Below are positions 39,015 to 47,069 of a DNA stretch of 64,000 nucleotides, in pieces. The notes under the pieces are model-generated. The model saw nothing but the letters and a program-made list of their open reading frames with translations. It did not search any database and was not told where the DNA came from. The DNA comes from Ignavibacteria bacterium UBA7675. Lineage in GTDB: Bacteria > Bacteroidota > Ignavibacteria > Kapaibacteriales > UB7675. The DNA lies in contig DLHF01000080.1 in the NCBI GenBank assembly GCA_002483085.1, forward strand, positions 223 through 64,222. Reading direction: 5' to 3'. How positions within the stretch are numbered: position 1 is the stretch's first letter; each line of letters begins with the position of its first letter. A program made the translations under genes and the position numbers.

Positions 39015-40484
39015 CTACTCTGCATTCCGCAGTGGCAAGCGAATTGTAAACGATGTTCCGCAATTCACACGCGAGTCGACAGAAATTTCACCGTCGTGTA
39101 TGTCGACAAATTCTTTTACAATCGACAGGCCGAGACCTGTACCTTTGATTGCACCTGTATTCGAAGCGCGGAAGAAGGGATTAAAGAGCAGGGGAAGCTC
39201 TTCATCCGGTATGCCAATGCCTTGGTCGCTTACCTGAAAAAACACATTGTTATAGCGATGATATACGCGGAAGATCACTGATGAACTCCCGGGCGAATAC
39301 TTAATGGCATTCGACAGCAGATTGCGAAGTGCATAGCGCAGCAACTTGCTATCCGCAAAAAGAGCAGGAATATCCTGAGCGAAATAAGCGTCGATTGTAT
39401 GGCCGATAGTGCCGGAGGAAGTTATGTCGTCGAGCACTGTATTACACAAGTCCACCACATTAATATTGGCTGGTTTGTACAGAGTTTGTACCGAATCGGC
39501 AGCCGATTGCATCAGCACATCGTCCATCAGCCTTGTAAGCTCCGATACCCGTTCGCGAATCTTTCCTATTTCGGTACGGCGCTGTTCTTCATTCATGCGG
39601 TTGATATAGCGATCCAGCAGCTCGGTCGACATCATAATACCTGACAGCGGTGTGCGAAACTCGTGCGATACCGTGCCAACAAAGCGTGTTTTCAGTAGGT
39701 TGAGCTCGCGTTCGCGTTTGAGTGCCGCTTCCAGCTCCTGCTCAGCTATTTTACGTTCGGTAATGTCGCGTCCGTAAATCGAAGCTCCTGTCACCGTGCC
39801 GTGTACCACAATGGGCGTAAACGACAGTTCGTAATATATTTCCCGTCCGTTTACATAGCGATGATATTCCTTGCGGAACGGCTCTCCCTGCAACGCAGTT
39901 TCGTACAGTGATTTCCAGTAACCGCGTTCGCCGGGCGAGCAAAGGTCCAGCACCATATTACCTTCTTCTGCTTGGCATGGCGTTGTCTTGCAATCTGCAA
40001 AAATGGAGCGAAACGCGCTGTTGCAGCCAGTGATAACCAAATCGTTATCAACCGACCAGATCAGATCATTGGTATGCTCGATGAGCGCAGAGAGCCGGGC
40101 GCGCGATTGCAGCAATTCTTCTTCGGCAATCCGGCAGCGTTCTATCTGTTCGGCGAGATATTCGACAACGACAATTGCGTCGTTGGAGTCGGTTTGCATC
40201 ATATCCGACGCACCGGAAAGCACTTGCAATTGCAGGATGAAATCGCGCATCTTTTCGATAAGAGTGTGTTGCTTTACAGCGTCCTCGCGCAGCCTGTTGT
40301 TAGCTTCGGTAAGCTCCTGCGAGCTAATATCCATAGCGCGTTCGAGCAAGGCTCTATCGGCTGTATGGTGGTCGTAGGTTTTGCTGATGGCTTCCAGCAG
40401 CGCGTCCATGCCCTCTGGAAGCGATGCTGTCCACTGCGGTCCGATATGCTTTTTTAGCTGGCGAATAAGGAGCAAGTTGTACAT
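39015..40484 (-). CDS. Cytoplasmic PAS-domain sensor histidine kinase
   Basis: PAS/PAC ending DITERK; SHEFRTPL; NLLSNAIKYS; DQGIGI; GTGLGL. Confidence 0.93.
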   Translation of the reverse strand: MYNLLLIRQLKKHIGPQWTASLPEGMDALLEAISKTYDHHTADRALLERAMDISSQELTEANNRLREDAVKQHTLIEKMRDFILQLQVLSGASDMMQTDSNDAIVVVEYLAEQIERCRIAEEELLQSRARLSALIEHTNDLIWSVDNDLVITGCNSAFRSIFADCKTTPCQAEEGNMVLDLCSPGERGYWKSLYETALQGEPFRKEYHRYVNGREIYYELSFTPIVVHGTVTGASIYGRDITERKIAEQELEAALKRERELNLLKTRFVGTVSHEFRTPLSGIMMSTELLDRYINRMNEEQRRTEIGKIRERVSELTRLMDDVLMQSAADSVQTLYKPANINVVDLCNTVLDDITSSGTIGHTIDAYFAQDIPALFADSKLLRYALRNLLSNAIKYSPGSSSVIFRVYHRYNNVFFQVSDQGIGIPDEELPLLFNPFFRASNTGAIKGTGLGLSIVKEFVDIHDGEISVDSRVNCGTSFTIRLPLRNAE

Positions 40485-41635
40485 TACACTTCCCTAAAAG
40501 CGGTGATGGTCATAGTTTGATTGTGAAGCTCGCAGAATGATGTATCGGTGGCTGATACAAGTGGGGAAATTTCGCCGTAGGAGTAGAAACCAGCGATAAC
40601 GGTGGATGTGCCGAGTATACCACTTACCTCTTCTATCTCTTCCTCTATGCGCTGTTCAAGCACGTTTTTTCTTCCAATACAGCTTATCAGGATAGCGAGA
40701 TCGGGTGGTTGTTCCTGCAGCAGCAGCGAGCTGTTATGTGCTGCCTGTGCGGCGCCGTCGATCAGGCGTTCAAAGTTAGCTTTCATAAATCGCGCGTACC
40801 AGCCCAATGGTATATCGCCAGCAAAGGTCATGCTTTTTTCCCGTTCGTTTACTGATAGTATTGTGCGTACAAGCGAGCGACTGTCGCCGTTTTGGGGACA
40901 AATGCTGAGTGGAAACAGCAGGGCGCTGCCCGGCAGGCCATCGGCTTGGTCGCCGAGATAGCGTTTGTATAAGTCGAGAGCCGATTGGCCATCGAGTTCG
41001 TACAGCACATTGCTGTGCGCTTTTGTAACAAGGCGCTCGGGGCCAAATGGATCCCAGCCACCGACTGATCCATAGCCAATGCGAATGCGGTCGCCATAGA
41101 AGCCTATTACAACGATACGTCCTTCCACTGGCGGCTGGTCGAGACCCACAACTGTTTGCTCAAAGCGGTTGCCGTCACCGGCAAGCCCGCCTGTGATTAC
41201 CATTTCGGGCGGCAGCGAGGTCTTGAGTCCGCTAATGAGCTCGCTGCCATTTACTCGTTGTCCGTCGGATAGCACAAAGACATAGACAAGACCGTCGTGT
41301 GGCAATGCCTGTCCTAAAGCCTCGCCGGCGGCAAAACTGTTGGCAAAATCTTCGATGGATACTGCGGCTGCCGATAGTGTGGTATGCTCAAATTCTACGG
41401 CGGTTATTGCAATCGAGTCGTCGTACACCGATGTACCAATAATTTCACCAGCAGTAGAGCAGACAAGAATATGCGCGTAGGGATAGCATTCGCGCAGCGT
41501 GTTGTAATATTGTGGATCGGCGAGCAGTAGCCTATCGCCAAAGGCAAACACAATGGTAGCGTGGCTACCGAGATTACCGTCGCGCATGATACGGCTCTCG
41601 TGCCCACGCTCCCAGATGAGCTGTTCGGTTATCAT
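40484..41635 (-). CDS. FIST N/C domain protein (NosP-like sensor)
   Basis: CSTAGEI, GGLAGD, GGWDPFGP, ISCIGRK, GFYSYGEI, LHNQT; stop overlaps the kinase start codon by one base (TAATG). Confidence 0.93.
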   Translation of the reverse strand: MITEQLIWERGHESRIMRDGNLGSHATIVFAFGDRLLLADPQYYNTLRECYPYAHILVCSTAGEIIGTSVYDDSIAITAVEFEHTTLSAAAVSIEDFANSFAAGEALGQALPHDGLVYVFVLSDGQRVNGSELISGLKTSLPPEMVITGGLAGDGNRFEQTVVGLDQPPVEGRIVVIGFYGDRIRIGYGSVGGWDPFGPERLVTKAHSNVLYELDGQSALDLYKRYLGDQADGLPGSALLFPLSICPQNGDSRSLVRTILSVNEREKSMTFAGDIPLGWYARFMKANFERLIDGAAQAAHNSSLLLQEQPPDLAILISCIGRKNVLEQRIEEEIEEVSGILGTSTVIAGFYSYGEISPLVSATDTSFCELHNQTMTITAFREV

Positions 41636-41805
41636 GATTCTTCTCTTATACCCAGGGCTGTTCGCTGTTGGACTGACACGTAGTACTATCGGAAGATATG
41701 GCTCGGACTAAAGCGATTGCCGATGGAGAAATATGGTTGCACACAGTTATTCCAAGCCCATTTTTTACTGTTCACGCAGAGCAATGCGAAGGGGCTGGCA
41801 AGAGC

Positions 41806-41866
41806 CGCAGCGGGTGGTGCGACCGGTGACAGCGACCGAACACGTGAGCAGCGACGCCCGTGCCAC
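41806..41866 (+). repeat. Dispersed intergenic repeat, module C
   Basis: tgcgaccggtgacagcgaccgaacacgtgagcagcgacgcccgtgccac; 48/49 identical to 50278-50326. Confidence 0.92.
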
Positions 41867-41935
41867 AAAAGAGCTGTATGAAGAGTATCTATTCCTTTTT
41901 ATTGGAAATGAGGCCGCGCTCAGCAGACGAGCGGA

Positions 41936-43216
41936 CTACGGCTTTTGCCCGTACTTTACTTTATACTTTCGGTAGAGGGCTTTTTGCTTGTTATCGAGGT
42001 CGATATTCCTGCCGAGAATAAAGGCTTGTGTCACATCGTTGGTGCGCATGTCCAGGGCATCGCCGGTAGAGATAAACAGCGTGGCGTCTTTGCCCGGCTC
42101 TAGCGAGCCTACTGTAGAGTCGATGCCGAGTATCGCGGCTGCGTTCAGAGTGATAGAAGCAAGAGCCTCTTCTTTGGTAAGGCCATAAGCAGCAGCGGTT
42201 CCCGCTTCAAACGGCAGATTGCGCTGGTTCCAGTTACCAGCACCACTGATGCAGAACCTCACACCTGCCTTGTTGAGCAGAGCGGGAAGTTTATACGGCA
42301 GGTCGATATCATCGTGCGACAGGGAGGGGAGGTGATGGGTTTGCGAGATAATTACTGGTACATCAAATTGCTTCAGGACATCGGCGACAAGCCAGGATTC
42401 ATCTCCGCCGACAATAACGGGAGCAAGGCCATAGCGCTGCGAAAAGTGGATTGCTGCGATGATACCTTTGGCCTGATCGGCGTGGATGTACAATTTTTTT
42501 GTACCATTAAACAGACCGCGCATGGCTTCGAGCTTCAGATTGGATGGATTAGCGGTTGGAGTAGAGCTATATGCTTTTGCTTCTGCGAACAACTGATCGA
42601 GAGCTGCGAGCTCCTGCCCGATGCGTTTGCGGCTTTTTTCTGCTTCATCACCCTGGCTTGGCATCATTGAGGGCCAATTGAGATGCAGTCCATCGTCGGC
42701 TTTATACATAGCATCTTCCCAATTCCATCCATCGAGCTGCACAACAGCAGAGGAGCCGGAGATAAGGCCTCCGACTGGTGTAATTTGCGAGAGCAAAACA
42801 CCATTGCTGCGAACGGTAGGAAGGATTTGCGAATCGGTATTATATGCGATAAGAGCGCGTACATGAGGCGAGATTGTGCCAACCTCTGCGTAGTCGTTGG
42901 TGGCGCGAACGGCGCCGATTTCCGAAAGGCCGAGAGTTGTATTGGCGCATATAAAGCCGGGGTACACGTGTTTGCCCGCAGCGTCGATGATATCCGCGCG
43001 CGAGTTGTCGAATCTGGCAGTAGAAGCATCGCCAACGGCTGTAATCTTGCCATTTTCAAAGGCGACAAAACCATTTTCTATTACCTGGCCTGTACCTGTG
43101 TGCACTGTGCCGCCGAGCACAACCACGGGTCGTGTTTGCGGTACAGAAGGCGTTTGTGATAGGCTGTCGGTTGTGCAGCAAAGAGTGCACAGGAGGAGTA
43201 AGAGAATGTACTGCAT
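41936..43216 (-). CDS. Exported amidohydrolase family protein (metal-binding HxH motif absent)
   Basis: GKHVYPGFICANT, GSLEPGKDA; signal peptide MQYILLLLL. Confidence 0.88.
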   Translation of the reverse strand: MQYILLLLLCTLCCTTDSLSQTPSVPQTRPVVVLGGTVHTGTGQVIENGFVAFENGKITAVGDASTARFDNSRADIIDAAGKHVYPGFICANTTLGLSEIGAVRATNDYAEVGTISPHVRALIAYNTDSQILPTVRSNGVLLSQITPVGGLISGSSAVVQLDGWNWEDAMYKADDGLHLNWPSMMPSQGDEAEKSRKRIGQELAALDQLFAEAKAYSSTPTANPSNLKLEAMRGLFNGTKKLYIHADQAKGIIAAIHFSQRYGLAPVIVGGDESWLVADVLKQFDVPVIISQTHHLPSLSHDDIDLPYKLPALLNKAGVRFCISGAGNWNQRNLPFEAGTAAAYGLTKEEALASITLNAAAILGIDSTVGSLEPGKDATLFISTGDALDMRTNDVTQAFILGRNIDLDNKQKALYRKYKVKYGQKP

Positions 43217-43342
43217 ATGTCGGGAGAAAATATTAGCTCCACCGCGAAATTGTAAACGGCTGGTCGGCGATGCGCGCCAGCCGCTTTTGAAGCGCAAGTA
43301 TAGCACTGCTACTAATGGAATGCAAGCGTTACCATTGTTTTG

Positions 43343-46255
43343 TTATTGCTGTACAAGGAGTGTTGCCACTGCTATGTCGGTACCGGCTCGCATGATAACG
43401 CTGTACAGTCCCGGGGCAAGCTCTGTTGTTTCGATGAGAAATACCTGTACTTCGCCAGCGATTGCAGGGAACTGGTGGTACCATACGCGCTGGCCTTGTA
43501 GCGAGTAGACGCTCATATCGCCATTGCAATCGGAAGCCGAAGACATTTGCACTTTTGCATAGCCGGTGGCGGGATTTGGCGAAATAGCCAATACCGTGGG
43601 GGTAGTAAATGCCATATCGCGCTGGCCCACGCCACAACCCCGGATTGCCAAGGCGCCGTCTTGCGTTTGCACGTCTACGCACTGTTGTTGGGACACGTTC
43701 TGCACAGCCAGAGCCGTGGACGGCAGTGAGCCCATGAGGATGTCGCCTGTGAGCCGGGCATAGACCTGCGGTGCTGTCGATACATTAATATTTGACAGTA
43801 CAATAGTGATCTCGCCCTGCGCTCCTGTGGTTTGTTCGCTCATACTGGCATTGCTTATGCCGGTAGGACGAAGGCTGAACGCGTCGAAAGCTACAGTGAG
43901 CGCAAGCGATTGCAGGGCGATGGGCTCGGATGCTGAAAGCACGATAGGGAACTGGATATCTGTGCTGCCGACATCAGCCGAAACAGTGGGCATCGACACC
44001 GTGACTATTGGCGGTATGCGTACTTCCACTGTTACTGCGGCTGTGGTTGTACAGCCGAGTTCGTTGGTAGCAAGCACTGTATAGCGGGTTGTTGTCTGCG
44101 GCGCAACTACCGGGCTGGTATCTGTCGGATCCATCGGCGTAGTATCTGCAAACCACTGGTACGACAGTGCGCCTGTGGCCAGGAGCTGCACGCTATCGCC
44201 CCGGCAGATTGATGTATCGGGAATAATACTGACAGTCCGGATGTCCGCATGAGCAATGCGAATAGTATCGGTAGCAAGGCAATTGCCATCGCGGACTACC
44301 ACCCAATACATGCCCGGAGATACAATATGTATAGATTGCGTTGTTTCGCCAGTCGACCACAGGTATGTAGCCGATGACGTTTGCTGCCCGGGGTCGAGCG
44401 TAAGAATTTCTTTTTCGCATACTATTGTGTCTTTTCCGAGTTCGGCCTGAGGCTGTTGCACCACAGCGACGGTTATCTCTTTCTGCTTTGTACAGCCGTA
44501 GATATCTGTTGCTGTTACGGTGTAGGTTGTCGTTGCATCAGGCCGTGCAAGCGGGGCGGAACTTGTCGGGTCATCGAGTCCTTTTGCGGGATTCCATTGA
44601 TACGTCGCTCCTCCTTCCACAGAAAGGCGCACCTCTGAACCACTGCATATAGTTGTATCTGATACTCCTGTAAGCTGCCAGTCGGGGGCGGGCAATACAA
44701 CGACGGTATCGGCAATTGTGCACAGCTTATCGGACACACGCACCCAGTACAGGCCGGGGCTATCAATACTGATCTGAGGCGTTACTTCGCCAGTCGACCA
44801 CTCATACTGTATGTACTCTGGACTTCCCGCCCGGAGGAACATCGTCGTTCCGGGGCACAGGACTGTGTCGCTCGGGATAGGCGGCGCTGGTACTGTGTGG
44901 ATGACTACTTCGCGCTCTACTATATCTACGGTACTGCCGCGCCACGTAGTAAGCCGTACTGTGTACGAGCCCGGTGCGGAATACACATGCGATGGGGCAA
45001 GAGCACTTGATGTATTGTTGGCAACAGTAATCGGGTCGCCAAAATCCCACCATACGCTTGTAATTCCCTCTGCATCGGGTATCAGAAAGGAGGTGTTATC
45101 GCCGGGGCACGCATTGCGATAGACGAACTTCATATGTAGAAATCCATTGTAGAAAAGCGGTAGGCCAAGAGTGCTTGTGGCGCCTTCGAGAAATACTTCT
45201 TGCGGTTTGAAATCGCATAAAATGCCGGGCTCATTAGGGCGTTCGATAACATCGAGATAGCTGCGGCCCATACGTGTGGAGTAGATGCGTCCATCGGGGC
45301 CAAGCTGGAGCGATCCCACGGGTATCGACGGACTCCCGGTAGCAACAACAACTGCCTTGTCCATAATATCGGCGGCGTTGCCCAGAGCCAGATCAAACTG
45401 GTGCATCGAACCCGAGCTCTGCACGCTACCGTAGAGTTTTGTGCCATCGGGCGAGAACTCAACGCCGTAGCAGCCTGTGTAATCGGGAGAAGACAGTTGG
45501 AGAGGTGGCGTGGTTGCAGAGACACGGCCAGAAGACGCATCGAAATCAAGTACCTCGAAGATACCTGCTTCATAGAGCGCCAGAGCAATGCGCTTGCCGT
45601 CGAGCGATACTTTCATTGCGCCAAGACTATTGAGATTTGTTGTGGTTTGCAAATGTGGAGTTCCTGTTCTGCTTACTACCGGCGTGCGCTGTATTCCGCT
45701 GTTCGTAATAATGAATGCGTAAAACACATCGTCGTTCCAGCCATGCACTATCAGCCAGAAATCGGTTCTATTGCTGTGGCGCACTAAAGCCATCTTTTCT
45801 ACCACTGATGGCAACAGCGGTTCGTTCTTTGTCGTAATCTGGCCAAGCCCGCCATTTCTGGTCATATTGACAATATGGTATTGCAATCCATCGAACTGGC
45901 CTTCGCTATCCACGGTAAAAATATAATAGTGGAAAGGATCGCCGGGTTGCGGAAGAATAATTGCCGACTGTGTAGAGGAGGGATCGCCGAGGAGGCCGGA
46001 GCCGTCCATGACCTGGTGCTCGCTGTTCCAGACTGTAGAGCCATTGGTATAAAACAGCAATTTGCCGGAGGAGTTGCTGATAACTGCACATCCTTCTGCT
46101 GTCCGCATTGCGCTGTTTGTGCGAATGGTAGGAGTTGGACCTATAAAGTCCATGCCTGCATTATTGCCAAAGTACCACACCGACGCTTCTTTCTGGGCAA
46201 ATGCAGTGCACAGCGGCAGCAGAAGCAGTATGGCAGTAAGTATATATCGTTGCAT
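43343..46255 (-). CDS. Beta-propeller + PKD/Ig-repeat protein with T9SS CTD
   Basis: WYFG, LLFYTNG, GVEFSPDG, LQLGPDGRIY; PKD motif WDFGD...HVY..PG.YTV; C-terminal PNPA...LAPGLY. Confidence 0.87.
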   Translation of the reverse strand: MQRYILTAILLLLPLCTAFAQKEASVWYFGNNAGMDFIGPTPTIRTNSAMRTAEGCAVISNSSGKLLFYTNGSTVWNSEHQVMDGSGLLGDPSSTQSAIILPQPGDPFHYYIFTVDSEGQFDGLQYHIVNMTRNGGLGQITTKNEPLLPSVVEKMALVRHSNRTDFWLIVHGWNDDVFYAFIITNSGIQRTPVVSRTGTPHLQTTTNLNSLGAMKVSLDGKRIALALYEAGIFEVLDFDASSGRVSATTPPLQLSSPDYTGCYGVEFSPDGTKLYGSVQSSGSMHQFDLALGNAADIMDKAVVVATGSPSIPVGSLQLGPDGRIYSTRMGRSYLDVIERPNEPGILCDFKPQEVFLEGATSTLGLPLFYNGFLHMKFVYRNACPGDNTSFLIPDAEGITSVWWDFGDPITVANNTSSALAPSHVYSAPGSYTVRLTTWRGSTVDIVEREVVIHTVPAPPIPSDTVLCPGTTMFLRAGSPEYIQYEWSTGEVTPQISIDSPGLYWVRVSDKLCTIADTVVVLPAPDWQLTGVSDTTICSGSEVRLSVEGGATYQWNPAKGLDDPTSSAPLARPDATTTYTVTATDIYGCTKQKEITVAVVQQPQAELGKDTIVCEKEILTLDPGQQTSSATYLWSTGETTQSIHIVSPGMYWVVVRDGNCLATDTIRIAHADIRTVSIIPDTSICRGDSVQLLATGALSYQWFADTTPMDPTDTSPVVAPQTTTRYTVLATNELGCTTTAAVTVEVRIPPIVTVSMPTVSADVGSTDIQFPIVLSASEPIALQSLALTVAFDAFSLRPTGISNASMSEQTTGAQGEITIVLSNINVSTAPQVYARLTGDILMGSLPSTALAVQNVSQQQCVDVQTQDGALAIRGCGVGQRDMAFTTPTVLAISPNPATGYAKVQMSSASDCNGDMSVYSLQGQRVWYHQFPAIAGEVQVFLIETTELAPGLYSVIMRAGTDIAVATLLVQQ

Positions 46256-46366
46256 AGAAAAGTGAAGCATAAGCCTTGGCTATAAAATATTGCACACTGG
46301 CTCGTGAACATTATCTACAACTGTTCCTTCGGCCTTGTTGTGTGTGTGCAAGTAGCCGTGGGAGAG

Positions 46367-46704
46367 TTAACGCAGCAGCTCGATATGATGCTCTACAGCG
46401 CGGGCGAGGCCGCCATAGACTCCGGGCTCGCCAATGACTAACGAGCGCCAGGCTTCATACATCTGTCGTGCAGCCCGTTCCCATGGCATCTGGCCTTCGC
46501 CTGTGCCGAGACCGGGACACAAAATACGGTTGATAGCACTGGGAGGACGGCTGTGCTATTGGCTGGGCTTACGATTGCATCGGCTGTTTCGCGCAGAATA
46601 TCGCCCTGCGAGATCGTTACGTTTTCAACGTGCTCAAAGTATTCCTGCCAAGCATAGAGCATACCTGTGCGATATGCCCGCAGATGAATGTGCGGAATAT
46701 TCAT
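46367..46704 (-). pseudogene. Macrodomain (ADP-ribose-binding) gene with an internal deletion and frameshift
   Basis: One frame reads ...QGDIL...ADAIVSPANS; a second frame continues immediately with ILCPGLGTGEGQMPWERAARQMYEAW...ELLR*. The central part of the domain is missing. Confidence 0.8.
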
Positions 46705-46820
46705 AGGAGTGCAACCTACAATATTTACATGTTGTGGTCAAGGCACGATGCAAAGATGATAATCAGCTACAACTGAATGTGCACGCTGTTTGGCTGTATT
46801 TTCTGATAAAAGCGTTCGAT

Positions 46821-47020
46821 GTGGCCTCGTGGCTCGTTGGAGTTATCATAAGCTCGTCCACGCACCGTTCCTACGGTGACAAATGCGAACGCCGTTCTGT
46901 AGCATGTCATTCCGCCTTTCTCGCTGTTCTCGGCAACTGGCGGAGGGGCTTGTACAAGCGAAAAGCGGAGTTGCGACCGGCGACAGCGACGCGCCGGGCG
47001 CCGCAACGACGCCCGTGCCC
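46821..47020 (+). repeat. Dispersed intergenic repeat, partial A + B + C
   Basis: ttatcataagctcgtccacgcaccgttcctacggtgacaaatgcg ... ttgcgaccggcgacagcgac...cgacgcccgtgccc. Confidence 0.87.
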
Positions 47021-47069
47021 AAAGCCTCTGCGTATTGAAAAACGATGTTAGACAACGCTGTTGTGTGCG

